Assembly (NCBI GenBank): GCA_012798535.1
Contig: JAAZMZ010000017.1
Coordinates: forward strand, 7,698 to 71,697
Length of the DNA stretch: 64,000 bases
Direction: 5' to 3'
DNA from: Leptolinea sp.
GTDB lineage: Bacteria > Chloroflexota > Anaerolineae > Anaerolineales > Anaerolineaceae
Shown: positions 9,672-20,113 of the stretch, one piece after another
Layout: each line of letters starts with the position of its first letter
Position numbering within the stretch: position 1 is the stretch's first letter
Made by a program: the position numbers and the translations under genes
The notes under the pieces: model-generated
Told to the model about the DNA's origin: nothing
Database searches by the model: none
Seen by the model: only the letters and a program-made list of their open reading frames with translations

Positions 9672-11737
9672 GGCGCCGCCTTCCCTTCCGTTGATGTGTC
9701 GCATTGCAGAGCAGCGCTTGCCTTTTCCGCCCATCCTTCCGCATCAGAATTCGCCGCAGCCGCGGATTTCCACAGCCTGCACAGGTATTGGGTATGTTCC
9801 TTATCCATCTTTTGTGCGGCCCGGGAAATTTCGATCGCTTTTTCAGGTTGTGCCGTATGCACATACCCCAGGATCATGGGCGTGTATTCTCCGGGTGTCT
9901 TTGGAACCAGCTTATTTTCCACCACTTCATCGGCCAGACGAGCGGCTTCAGCCCAGTTTTGATCCTGCGCGGCCAGTTCCATTTTCTGGTAACTGTAACA
10001 CCATCCGTGTTCAGGTTCAGCTCCGAAAATGGAAACCGGGGGAACAGCCTGTTTCGAGGGATGTGAATCGATCAATCCGGGTTTGGACAATTTGAACAAC
10101 ATACTCTCATCATTCACGAGATTCGAACGAAGGAGATCTTCGGGAGTGATGATGTGCAGGCAGCTCGTCCCATAAGAATACTCGGCAACCAGAATTTGAT
10201 CCGTGCTACCTTTGAAATGAGCGGTCAGATAGCGATATTCGATGGGGAAACCGGGTTTAAATTTGGGGACGAGACTGCCCTGCATATCACCAGCCCGGAA
10301 AAACCAGAGCGGCGCTTCGAAAGATTTTCCACCCTGATCATAGATGGCATTCACGGCAAAGCCGATGTGCAGATCGTTCACCAGTGCGAACGGCATGGCC
10401 GGTCCGATAATCGCCGTCCCCGATTTGATGGCCGGGGCACGCCATGCCAGCTGCCAGTAAAAATCGTTCTGGTTATCCTGACTCAGGCGGTATTTATTGA
10501 CCGTCTGCATCTGGCTGGAAAGAGCAAAGCCAAAGAACAGTCCCAGAAGAATTGCCTGCCGCCGGCGGCCGCGGGAAAACCAGCGAATCAATCCCACCAG
10601 CAATAAGACTGCACCGAACATTGGTCCCAAAGCAAAACGATCTGCCCATGGGCCGCCAATGGACTGCCTTCCGGTGATCCACACAGGAATCCCACCGGCC
10701 AGGACGCCGATGATGCCAATCAGGATGGCTTCCCGGCAGAAAGTATCGGACTGGTCATTTTCATCCGAGGATTCTGCCGCATTTTCGACATGTTTTTTTA
10801 GCAGGAAGAAACTGATCAACGTGACCAGCGTGGCGGCACCCCAGGATAGCCAATTGGCTCTGGCACGCAGTTCGATTGTGCCGGGATTAAGTGGCGCCAG
10901 CCAGTTATCCACATTCAGGTGAATGAAATCCTGAAGTACCAGGTTGCCAAATGAGATCAATTCCTTCAGTGGGTTTGCTGAAAGACGCTCAAACAAAACC
11001 GGAGCGTTCGCTTCGGGGTTGGGGGAAACCAGCGGATACCAGATGAAACGGTAACCGCCAAAGATGAGCAGAACCAGCCCGTACGGCAGCCAGTGATGAA
11101 GCAGCATCCTAAACCTTTGTTTCCAGGGCAGGCTCTTGCGGTCCAGATAGATCCACAGGAAGAGCGGACGCAGGATTTCCAGTCCGAAGAAGTATTCCAG
11201 TGTTACCAACTGCAGCAGCGATGCCAACGCCGCCGTGATGGTCAGCCACCACCAGCGCTTGGGATTTTCCACCGCGATGAGATTTAATCCGAGGGAGAGA
11301 GAATACAGCGCGATACAGGCAAAATGACGGGCATAGGTGACCGCCACAGAATGCTGGGTAAATGCCGGATAAACCGCCAGCAGTAGGCACACACCGCCAA
11401 CCTCGAACGACCGCTTCGGCCAGACCAGGCGCAGCGCCCACCAGAATCCTACAATGCCGGCCCAGCGCAGCAAGATATTGACGATCTGCCAGGCAATCGG
11501 ATTCATTCCAACGACAGGTGAAAGCACCAGGTAGATCCAACTGGTTAACGGCCGTGCATACAGGAAATAATCCCAGTAAGCCTTTGGATCATGAAAATGA
11601 TCCAGGTAGATGATTTCCCAGTCATCCCAGTACAATCCCATACCGGGAAGCTGATAGCCGTAAGTGATTAACACCACTCCCAGAAAGAGGACCGGAATGA
11701 ACCAGGGCTGGCGTAAGACTTTCTTCCAATCTTTCAT
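9668..11737 (-). CDS. Polytopic GT-C-like membrane glycosyltransferase, paralog of 7608..9671
   Basis: GLYWDDW, ARPL, EYFFGLEILRP, IFGAEPEHGWCYSYQK shared with the neighbour. Confidence 0.72.
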   Translation of the reverse strand: MKDWKKVLRQPWFIPVLFLGVVLITYGYQLPGMGLYWDDWEIIYLDHFHDPKAYWDYFLYARPLTSWIYLVLSPVVGMNPIAWQIVNILLRWAGIVGFWWALRLVWPKRSFEVGGVCLLLAVYPAFTQHSVAVTYARHFACIALYSLSLGLNLIAVENPKRWWWLTITAALASLLQLVTLEYFFGLEILRPLFLWIYLDRKSLPWKQRFRMLLHHWLPYGLVLLIFGGYRFIWYPLVSPNPEANAPVLFERLSANPLKELISFGNLVLQDFIHLNVDNWLAPLNPGTIELRARANWLSWGAATLVTLISFFLLKKHVENAAESSDENDQSDTFCREAILIGIIGVLAGGIPVWITGRQSIGGPWADRFALGPMFGAVLLLVGLIRWFSRGRRRQAILLGLFFGFALSSQMQTVNKYRLSQDNQNDFYWQLAWRAPAIKSGTAIIGPAMPFALVNDLHIGFAVNAIYDQGGKSFEAPLWFFRAGDMQGSLVPKFKPGFPIEYRYLTAHFKGSTDQILVAEYSYGTSCLHIITPEDLLRSNLVNDESMLFKLSKPGLIDSHPSKQAVPPVSIFGAEPEHGWCYSYQKMELAAQDQNWAEAARLADEVVENKLVPKTPGEYTPMILGYVHTAQPEKAIEISRAAQKMDKEHTQYLCRLWKSAAAANSDAEGWAEKASAALQCDTSTEGKAAP

Positions 11738-11839
11738 AACTGTGCCGCAATATTATACTTGCTTCAATTCCTGTGCCGTGAAATAACGAAAAGCGTCCAG
11801 ATTTCTCCCCGCGTTTCTTCGGATACAATGTCATTAATA

Positions 11840-13726
11840 ATGAGCGTCCAAATTATCAAACGGATTATCTCAAAAAATCGCCGATATTCGAGCGGTTTAA
11901 TTATCCTCAGCGCCACCGCCGGTTTCCTGGCCGGATTTCTGATCCCCCTGCGGTTGTCCCTCCCGCTGCGATACGATTTTCTCCTGCCCCTGATCACCAC
12001 AGTGCTTCTGTTATGGGCTGTCTGGAAGTTGCCACAGCCGTTCAATAAAGCTGCCAGCATCTTTATCACAATGATCCTCTTCACGGGAGCCCTGGCAGCC
12101 CAGTGGAGAATGGGCATAAACGGAGTGTACGAAGTCTTTGGCCTGCTCCCCTGGTTTGACGCGCAGGGGTATTACTCGGAAGCCACAAAATTACTGGACG
12201 GCGGCACATTCTCAGATATTGCATCACGCCGGCCCCTGTTCACCGGATTCTTTTCGGTTCTTCTGGCGATTACCGGCCGCAACCTACGAATGACGTTGGC
12301 CATACTTACCGGGTTGGGTGGACTGGTCACCTGGCTGCTTGCCGGTGAAATCCACCGGTCAGAAAAATCCTCGCTGCTGCCTTCCCTCGTAACCTGTGGA
12401 ATGTTTTTCTTCTACCGAAATTTTACCGGTGACGTATTATCAGAAAATCTGGGTTTCTTCCTTGGTTCACTCGGACTTCTGCTGTTGTGGCGGTCAGCCA
12501 TTCATCAGAAGTATTCGCTTGCTTTGTGGGGCCTCTTCAGTTTCTGCCTGGCATTAGTCGCCCGGCCTGGTGCTGTTCTGGCTTTACCCTTTCTTTTGGT
12601 CTGGATCCTGTTCCCGGCAGGCTCGCGGCGTTCATTGCTGTTTAAGGGATTATCTTCAACGGGAGTGATTGTATCGGCCTTGCTCTTGAATCATCTATTG
12701 ACAGCCGTTCTGGCGCCAGGTACCTCGGCTTCATTTTCGAATTTCGCTTACTCATTCTACGGTTTCGCAGAAGGTGGCGCAGGTTGGACGGAGATCTACA
12801 GAGATCATCCGGAGGTCTTCACCACAGGCAATCAGCAGGAAATCGCGGACAAGATCTACCGCATATCCCTTCAAACCTTAAGAGAACACCCGGAAAATGC
12901 AATTTCCGCCTGTCAACACGCGTATGGCACTTTTTTTTCGACCGGATATTATTCCGCCTTCAATTATTTCGGAACTTTCACCACCCCTCACACCGTCAAT
13001 TTGGACAGCGCACCCGTTGAATATGGTATTCGGACAACAGTACTATTCCTGTGGATACTTTTCTTCCCGGCAGCCTGGATAAAACGCAAGGATCGGCGTT
13101 ATAGTCTTCTGGTAGCACTCAATTTTGGATTACTCATCAGCCTGCCCTTCGCCCCACCAACCGATGCGGAACATATGCGGGCTTATGCGGCTTCCATTCC
13201 CTCCATGCTGCTGACGGTCGGTCTGCCATTGAATATCTTCAACAAAGATCGGGATGTTGACTTCGCATATCAGGAGGAATACTCTACCGGGATACTCAGC
13301 TTTACCGTAATCCTGCTCTGCGCGGTTATCTTCGGTCCTTTGATTTTACGGGTAACAACTCCGGGTCTATCTCTACCCAAGACATCCTGCCCGAATGGCC
13401 TGGACGCGGTCGTGGCGAGGATTTCACCCGGTTCATTCGTGAGCATCGGGCAGGATCCTGAAGATCCATTTGGCATTCCTTACGCGCGCTTCCAGAAAAA
13501 TTTGGATCAATTCCCGTCCGCAGTGATCGGTCAAAAATTGAAAAGTGTTCCCGAGAATTCCAAAATCTCGCAACAGAATAATATTCTGGGAGATAACGAT
13601 CCCTTCTGGCTGGTCAGTCCGGCACAGGGATTTCCCGTAATCAACCGTCCTGCCGTTTATTGCGGCCGGTGGAGCGATGATCCCAGATTGGATTTTGTTT
13701 TTTTCGCCAGCCGTGTACTTCCCTAA
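11840..13726 (+). CDS. Polytopic membrane protein, GT-C-like
   Basis: LPWFDAQGYY and RRPLF in an early loop, LSE, ARPG, many TMs; start uncertain (11828/11840). Confidence 0.65.
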   Translation: MSVQIIKRIISKNRRYSSGLIILSATAGFLAGFLIPLRLSLPLRYDFLLPLITTVLLLWAVWKLPQPFNKAASIFITMILFTGALAAQWRMGINGVYEVFGLLPWFDAQGYYSEATKLLDGGTFSDIASRRPLFTGFFSVLLAITGRNLRMTLAILTGLGGLVTWLLAGEIHRSEKSSLLPSLVTCGMFFFYRNFTGDVLSENLGFFLGSLGLLLLWRSAIHQKYSLALWGLFSFCLALVARPGAVLALPFLLVWILFPAGSRRSLLFKGLSSTGVIVSALLLNHLLTAVLAPGTSASFSNFAYSFYGFAEGGAGWTEIYRDHPEVFTTGNQQEIADKIYRISLQTLREHPENAISACQHAYGTFFSTGYYSAFNYFGTFTTPHTVNLDSAPVEYGIRTTVLFLWILFFPAAWIKRKDRRYSLLVALNFGLLISLPFAPPTDAEHMRAYAASIPSMLLTVGLPLNIFNKDRDVDFAYQEEYSTGILSFTVILLCAVIFGPLILRVTTPGLSLPKTSCPNGLDAVVARISPGSFVSIGQDPEDPFGIPYARFQKNLDQFPSAVIGQKLKSVPENSKISQQNNILGDNDPFWLVSPAQGFPVINRPAVYCGRWSDDPRLDFVFFASRVLP

Positions 13727-15714
13727 TCCGGTTGAACGCACTCCCGCACATCGATCAGCTTGCGGAAATCATGCCGCCAGTCTTCCACTTCTTTGATAAC
13801 TTTAACACAGGGATCCGTATATTTCTTCTGGATCGGAACGGGTATCTCATCCCAGGCTTTCTGATCAAAATAGGCGTAGCTGTATCCGCCGGCTCGCAAC
13901 GCATAGGGATCCGGAGAAATGGCGAGCTTCTCCCATTCGGGTTTCGATTTGTACCACGTGAAACCGGAATTAGACCCGCGGGCAAAGATTGTTGCCGCCC
14001 GAGAAACGATGGGATCGAAGACCAGCGCGTCGGCTTCGAGCTTATTCCAGTAGTCCCGCTCAATCTTCACATCCAGATCAGACAGGAAGTAGGAATACAC
14101 AGGCTTTTGCATGGCCGGGATTTGAATTCCCGCCAGCAGAATCCCGCCGAACATGATCACGCCACCCAATCCGACAGCCAGAGTTTTCAATATTTCACCG
14201 CGACGGCAAACATACATCCAGACCAGTGGGACAAAAAATGTAAGGCACAGTCCGGAGAATTGGTAGAGACGTGAGGTATTGCGAACACCGGTGGAACCCG
14301 CAAATTCGACCACCACCATTAAAAGGCTGATAATCCCGGAAAAGACCAGCGCGGCTTCATACCAGCGAGACGCGCGCAGAGCTTTCAAACCAAAAGCCGC
14401 CAGTAACGGGAAGGCTAGCAGTGATGGTCCCAGTTCAAGGAGAGCCACGATCAACTGGCCGGGTTTGATCAATGAGAGCACCCCAAGATGGGAAGACACG
14501 ATTTCAGGCGGCCAGATCAGCCGGAAGGCCACAGTCTGATAGGAAACCGCTTCGGGATCCAGTAAGCCGGCTGTGATATCTTTCAAAGCGCCTCCCTGCA
14601 AGAAACCGACAATGCATCCGGCGGACATCACCGCCAGCCAGAGCCACAGGCTGCGGGAGATCCTCAAACCTTTACTTTGAATAATTTGAATTAGAACGAC
14701 TACCCCGAATCCGCCTGCCAGCAGAAGCATGCCGGTTTCACTGATCAACAGGCTGGCAGCCAGCAGAATAGCCGTAACAACAGCTCCACGCCAGCCCTTC
14801 CAGCGGTTGAACACCATCAACAGAAGTAAACCGATGACCACGCCGATGGAACCGTTTGGCCCATGATTCATGACCCCCGGCGCAGCTATACCGTTGGCAT
14901 AAGCGAAGGGATACCCGATCGGGCCTGCACCTTCGATTCCCCAGGTACGGTTAAGCGCTTCATACAGGGTGGCTCCGGTCAAACGTCCGCTGCCGATCAA
15001 TTTCATCCCCTGACCCAGAGTATTAATCACTCCCTCGGGCAGGAGAAGCAGAATCCAGCGGGTGCCCATACCAAAAGCAGCCATCATGGCTCCAACCAGC
15101 CCGCCAACTTTGCTGAAGGTCAATCGGGCCACCCAGAGATAGGTTAATCCGATCATCAGTCCAAAGGACAATCCGCGGGCAAAATCAAGCGCGTTCCAGG
15201 GAAACAGGTCGCCCAGACGCATGAGCTGCGCGGCAAATAACATCAGGAAATAGTGGTAGCCGTATGGAACACTCGGGTCCAGGGCAAAATGCGGCGGCAA
15301 GTCACCCGCCGCCATCATGGATAGAGTCGGCAGGTGGGCGTAATCATCATAAATCGCCAGACCGCGCGAGATCCCCGTGAAGATACCGGTGGTGAGCACC
15401 AGACAAATGATCTGCGACCAGGGAATTGTGATCCGGAGCCAATCTGAAGGTCTACATCCCCACGAAAAAGCGATCCCGATGATCAGGGTCAGTACAGCCG
15501 CCAGCCAGAAGGCCGGCGTGACCGGTAAAAACAACGTCAGCAGATTGGCCAGCCAGGTTTCCACGATCAGGCCAAGAGCGATGCCGCTGATTACCTGCTC
15601 CCTTTCCGGCAGCCTGAAGGCAAACCGCGCGATCCCAAGACCGCCAGCCAGCCACAGAATGCACCACAGGCCGATGATGGAGAATTCCTGGAGGTTTCGC
15701 AGGATGAAATTCAC
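13723..15714 (-). CDS. Polytopic membrane protein, GT-C-like
   Basis: IYDDYAHLP, YHY, >12 hydrophobic segments. Confidence 0.65.
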   Translation of the reverse strand: MNFILRNLQEFSIIGLWCILWLAGGLGIARFAFRLPEREQVISGIALGLIVETWLANLLTLFLPVTPAFWLAAVLTLIIGIAFSWGCRPSDWLRITIPWSQIICLVLTTGIFTGISRGLAIYDDYAHLPTLSMMAAGDLPPHFALDPSVPYGYHYFLMLFAAQLMRLGDLFPWNALDFARGLSFGLMIGLTYLWVARLTFSKVGGLVGAMMAAFGMGTRWILLLLPEGVINTLGQGMKLIGSGRLTGATLYEALNRTWGIEGAGPIGYPFAYANGIAAPGVMNHGPNGSIGVVIGLLLLMVFNRWKGWRGAVVTAILLAASLLISETGMLLLAGGFGVVVLIQIIQSKGLRISRSLWLWLAVMSAGCIVGFLQGGALKDITAGLLDPEAVSYQTVAFRLIWPPEIVSSHLGVLSLIKPGQLIVALLELGPSLLAFPLLAAFGLKALRASRWYEAALVFSGIISLLMVVVEFAGSTGVRNTSRLYQFSGLCLTFFVPLVWMYVCRRGEILKTLAVGLGGVIMFGGILLAGIQIPAMQKPVYSYFLSDLDVKIERDYWNKLEADALVFDPIVSRAATIFARGSNSGFTWYKSKPEWEKLAISPDPYALRAGGYSYAYFDQKAWDEIPVPIQKKYTDPCVKVIKEVEDWRHDFRKLIDVRECVQPD

Positions 15715-15723
15715 ATCTCCCCC

Positions 15724-16545
15724 TTACTTCTTTCGCCCGGCAAATACTCTGATCTGAGTAACGGCATCCACCTGAGGATCGCCGGTTTTGAATTCAGGCA
15801 GCACCCGTTCAGAAATCTCCGACCAGGCGGTCACGTTACGTTCCAGCACGGTGATATTCACATTTTCAAACTGCCGGACAAAAAGGGATTGGTATGCCGG
15901 TAACCGCCAGCGATTTAAATGGCTGGTTGGATTCAACCAGGTTTTCCAGATTTCTTGTTTGAAGGTCAACATTTCAAAGGGGTATCGAAAGAAATGATCG
16001 CGCAGATCGATGTAATGCAGGTGCGCACCATTCTCGTGCATGATGGTGTTCAACGCAGTCAGAATGCCTTCCGGATCGACAAGATGTTCGAACACGGAAC
16101 TGCTGCACACAATATCTGCTTTGCGAATGAGGCGTTCTGCCGCCAGCAACCGGATATCACCCTCCAGAAGAGTTATCCATTCATCCCGCGGCCTGGTCTT
16201 TCCCAGGCTGTGTGTGAGGTATTTTTCAAACTCAGGCAGTAGAGCCAGGTTTGCGCGTTCATCCGGTCGTGCGGCAAATTCACAGAGGGTAATATGATCG
16301 GCACCCATTTTCAAGAGTTGGCAGGCCAGTGCGAATCGCCCACCATATCCAAAAATCAAGATGTGCTTTCCTGACAGGTCAATCCCGCATGTTTGCAGAT
16401 CCCGCCGATAACGTTCGGCGGCTTCCTGTGGCGCACGGGTTTCCAGGCCAGGGCGGATGATCAGGCCGCGCAATAACAGAGCCCGGGTGATCTTCTCCGG
16501 AAGGAAATGCCGGGCTACTCGTGGGAGAATGTAGGCGAGGCTCAT
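15724..16545 (-). CDS. Class I SAM-dependent methyltransferase
   Basis: IFGYGG motif I, ADIVCSSSVFEHL, HYIDLRDH. Confidence 0.75.
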   Translation of the reverse strand: MSLAYILPRVARHFLPEKITRALLLRGLIIRPGLETRAPQEAAERYRRDLQTCGIDLSGKHILIFGYGGRFALACQLLKMGADHITLCEFAARPDERANLALLPEFEKYLTHSLGKTRPRDEWITLLEGDIRLLAAERLIRKADIVCSSSVFEHLVDPEGILTALNTIMHENGAHLHYIDLRDHFFRYPFEMLTFKQEIWKTWLNPTSHLNRWRLPAYQSLFVRQFENVNITVLERNVTAWSEISERVLPEFKTGDPQVDAVTQIRVFAGRKK

Positions 16546-17561
16546 TGGATGGAAATAGCCTTACGCGAGATGGATTGCCGGCTGTCTGCTCTTTTTGATT
16601 GCGGTGTTTTTGGAACAGACTGAACATCCAGCGTCAAAGCCTGTATGAGCATTTGAAATCCCAGGATAAGCGGGAGTGAAGCCACCATGACTGTTCCGGC
16701 TGTGGCTGGAATACCCGTGATAATCGATCTGTGCCACCACACGGTTCCCCAGATGATCCCGAACAGAGACATCAGGCTCCCCAGGGTCATAAAAATCGTG
16801 CCGACCGAGAAATTGAGCACAAAGTATTGCAGCCAGATGCGGCGCAAGAAACGTGAGAGCAGCAGACCGGGGAAAGTGGTGACCACCTGCATGACATTCA
16901 ATGAACTGGGTTCACCGGCATAAATGGCCGGCATAGGGACCTCTTCCGCCACTGCCCGCACCAGATTCAATTCGACCAGCAGGCTGGTTTCAAAGAAGTA
17001 CCGCGGGTGAAGATAATTCGCCTCCAACCGGCGGTAAACATCGGCATCGACGGCCAGATAGCCGTTGTTTGGATCAAAAACATTCCAGTAACCGCTCCCC
17101 AGTTTGGCCAGAAATGACCAGAAAAGGTTGCCCATCCTGCGGTGAAAGGGCATCCGGGAGATCGATTCGAGACGGCCGAAACGGTTCCCTTTGACAAAAT
17201 CCGCGCGCCCGCTCAGAATCGGTTCAAGAAGATCCGGAAGAAATGCCGGATCCATCTGTCCGTCGCCATCCATTTTGATCAATACGGTGGCGCCCAGCTC
17301 GATAGCCCGGTTGAATCCGGTGATCACAGCGCCGCCCACACCCCGATTTTTCTCATGACGCACCAGTTCCACACGGCTGTTGTGTATGGCTTTAACTCGT
17401 TCGGCAAGATCATCCGGGCTGCAATCATCAACAACCACAATCTTCCAGATCCATTCTGGAATTCCCTGGATAACCGATTCGATATGGTTGGCTACCCGGT
17501 AGGCAGGGATGACCACGCAGAGTTTTTCCTCGCTATTTTTTATTAGTTGAATGGAATCCAT
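16542..17561 (-). CDS. GT2 polyprenyl-phosphate glycosyltransferase with two C-terminal TMs
   Basis: VVIPAYRV, VDDCSPD, NRGVGGA, KMDGDGQ, DPNNGY. Confidence 0.9.
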   Translation of the reverse strand: MDSIQLIKNSEEKLCVVIPAYRVANHIESVIQGIPEWIWKIVVVDDCSPDDLAERVKAIHNSRVELVRHEKNRGVGGAVITGFNRAIELGATVLIKMDGDGQMDPAFLPDLLEPILSGRADFVKGNRFGRLESISRMPFHRRMGNLFWSFLAKLGSGYWNVFDPNNGYLAVDADVYRRLEANYLHPRYFFETSLLVELNLVRAVAEEVPMPAIYAGEPSSLNVMQVVTTFPGLLLSRFLRRIWLQYFVLNFSVGTIFMTLGSLMSLFGIIWGTVWWHRSIITGIPATAGTVMVASLPLILGFQMLIQALTLDVQSVPKTPQSKRADSRQSISRKAISIQ

Positions 17562-17566
17562 GCGGG

Positions 17567-20113
17567 CTAATCACATTGCCGGGTTAAATTTTGCGAAGCG
17601 TAACTAAAGATATCCGGCTGGTTGTATCCTACCACAAGCCGAACATCTATGAAATCAGATTTTTGACATCCATAGATGATGACATCCGACGCGTGCGTAA
17701 ATTCCTCCGGTGGTTGTTCCACCGAAAGGATCATTTGCTGTTCCCGATAGGGACCAACCATCATAAATCCCAGATGCGCGTCCTTTTGTGGCTTATAAGC
17801 CGCCCACCCGTTCCCGGGTTCGCCGTCATCCGCTTTGTACCATCGTGGGTAAAGAGCCCGGCCGATCATTCTGACGGCTCCGGGTTGCTGTAGGAACTCC
17901 TGTGGCGTTCCCAGGACGGTTTCCAGTTGCTCAACCTGACCGGCAGTCTTTATGGCTTCCTGTTCCACCTGCAGCGTATATCGTCTGGGGATGAGCCACT
18001 CGGAGGCGGGCAGCGCCAGGCCGGCGAGCAGAACGCTAACCACCGACACTGTGATCCAGGTGGAACTGGTTCTGGATGGCGGCAGTTCACGTGTATTCTT
18101 CTCCCGGGGGCGCAGCGAAAGATTCGAAGCCGCAAAGAACCAGACGGTACACTCCGCAAATCCAAGGCAGAAGTAGAAATATCCCACCCAGTCGACCGGT
18201 TGAATAAACCGCCAGCCGGAAATGCGCCCAAAGGCTGTGCTCAACGAATATGCGGCATGAAAAGCCAGAGGTAGTAATCCGGACCAGCGCCATTTGGCGA
18301 AGGATGAACCAATCCCAATGGAAAGGAGCAGCAAATTCAGGATCAAATAAATCCATTGGATACCTCTGATGGTGCTTATCCCTTCCAGCCAGAAAAGTGA
18401 CGACACCTGGAAATTATCATGAAAGTCGACGAACGACACATGCAGCGGCAAGACTTCCAGAGTGGCAAAAGCGTTATTGATGAAATGCGCACCGATGAAT
18501 CTTGCCACATCTATGGGATGTGAGAGTGAGTATTCCCATATATGGGCACCTACCTGACCTGTGCTGGCTTCCAGGTGGATGTTAAGGGCTTCATCCACAC
18601 TGGAAGAGTATCGCTGGGCCACCAGCACTGCCTGTGAGGGTTGGTCCAGCGCGAAATCCCCGGTGCGCAGACCATTCCGAATGATCCAGGGAGATGCTGC
18701 CAGGATCAACCCGGCCAGAAAATAGGCGCTTTCTCTCAAGGCACCTTTCCATCCTGTTTTTCGTTGAAGAAGGAGAAACACCAGGATCATCGGAATGATG
18801 AAAGACGTCTGGGAACGCAACAATAACAACAGGCCCATTCCCCCACCGATCAAAACGGCTCGAACCGGCCGTGGGCCGGGTTTCTTCAGCCAGCGAAATA
18901 CGGCCAGGCACAACAGGCAGAGTCCCAGGCCGGTCAAAGAGTCGGTCATCAACATCTTTGAATGGCTCACTTCGGTGAGCGGTGTGGCAGCGATGGAATT
19001 TAATTCCCGGAAGATCGCCAGCAGGCCGGCCGTTAAACCGGCTTCACGGCTGCGCATGGAACGTCCCAGCCAGTAAAGAGCGGCAGGGAAGACGGCCAGC
19101 AGCAGCGTTTGCAGAACGATGATCTCCCCATAATCTTGGCCTTCCATGCCGTGCCAGATGGCCAGCAGGAAGATATACAGAGGACGGGTAACAATCTGCC
19201 CGTTTAGGAATCCTTCACCCACCAGCAGTGTTTGTGCCGCGTAATCATAAAAACCCGCATCAGAATAGGGGAAGAATTTAAATTCCGGAGCACGGGGGGT
19301 GGGGAAAAAGAAACTGGAGGGAATGGGCTGCGCCAACCACAGGATGACGGCGAGAATGAATAAACCGCCGCAGATCATCCAATCCATACGGCGCTGGTAT
19401 ACCCGCAGCACCGGGAAACTCACAAGTACCGTCAACAACACCAGTCCCGCCGCCGCCGAAAGCCAGACCTGCCAGGCCAGCAGTGGAACACCGGGATTCC
19501 CCCAGAAGAAGATATCCGGTGTGATACCCCAGCCTGTTATTCCGATGATCAAACCAAAGACCAACAGAATTCCGGCAGCTATAGCACTGGAAAGAAAGAC
19601 CATTCTGAAGCGTACCAGGCGGTCCGGATGCCAGCCGTAACACTGGATCCACAACCAGACGGCCAACTCCCCGCCCAGAGCGATGAGCCATACCAGAAAC
19701 GGCTGAAAACGGATATACAGCGGATCGACTCCGCCGTTCACTCCGGAACGCAAATAAACCAGATACCCCCAGGCCAGAACTACGCAAAGAATAGCAAGAC
19801 CTTCCAGCCAGAGGAAAATCTTCCCTTCATGCCAGCGTTCTTGAAACACAGACTGAAGGCGGTTTTCCTTCATTCCGGCTACAATCGCCGCTGCCAGAAA
19901 GAGCAAGCCCAGCAGCAGAACGACCAGCATCATCCCCAGTCTGGGAAGACTGTAACCCAGTATCAGGCTATTCTTGGGATCAGCCGGTAAAGAGGCAATC
20001 CAGTACAGTACGGGAAGGGCTTGAACAGATAAGAAAAAAAAGAACCACACCCACCGTACGTCTCTATTGCCGGGGGATTGATCAGGCTCCAGATCGGGCA
20101 TGTCAATTCTCAC
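17567..20113 (-). CDS. Large polytopic membrane protein, GT-C (ArnT/PMT-like)
   Basis: PYSDAGFYD, TRPLY, LMTD, LLRSQ, PWIIRN motifs typical of PMT_2-like proteins. Confidence 0.7.
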   Translation of the reverse strand: MRIDMPDLEPDQSPGNRDVRWVWFFFFLSVQALPVLYWIASLPADPKNSLILGYSLPRLGMMLVVLLLGLLFLAAAIVAGMKENRLQSVFQERWHEGKIFLWLEGLAILCVVLAWGYLVYLRSGVNGGVDPLYIRFQPFLVWLIALGGELAVWLWIQCYGWHPDRLVRFRMVFLSSAIAAGILLVFGLIIGITGWGITPDIFFWGNPGVPLLAWQVWLSAAAGLVLLTVLVSFPVLRVYQRRMDWMICGGLFILAVILWLAQPIPSSFFFPTPRAPEFKFFPYSDAGFYDYAAQTLLVGEGFLNGQIVTRPLYIFLLAIWHGMEGQDYGEIIVLQTLLLAVFPAALYWLGRSMRSREAGLTAGLLAIFRELNSIAATPLTEVSHSKMLMTDSLTGLGLCLLCLAVFRWLKKPGPRPVRAVLIGGGMGLLLLLRSQTSFIIPMILVFLLLQRKTGWKGALRESAYFLAGLILAASPWIIRNGLRTGDFALDQPSQAVLVAQRYSSSVDEALNIHLEASTGQVGAHIWEYSLSHPIDVARFIGAHFINNAFATLEVLPLHVSFVDFHDNFQVSSLFWLEGISTIRGIQWIYLILNLLLLSIGIGSSFAKWRWSGLLPLAFHAAYSLSTAFGRISGWRFIQPVDWVGYFYFCLGFAECTVWFFAASNLSLRPREKNTRELPPSRTSSTWITVSVVSVLLAGLALPASEWLIPRRYTLQVEQEAIKTAGQVEQLETVLGTPQEFLQQPGAVRMIGRALYPRWYKADDGEPGNGWAAYKPQKDAHLGFMMVGPYREQQMILSVEQPPEEFTHASDVIIYGCQKSDFIDVRLVVGYNQPDIFSYASQNLTRQCD

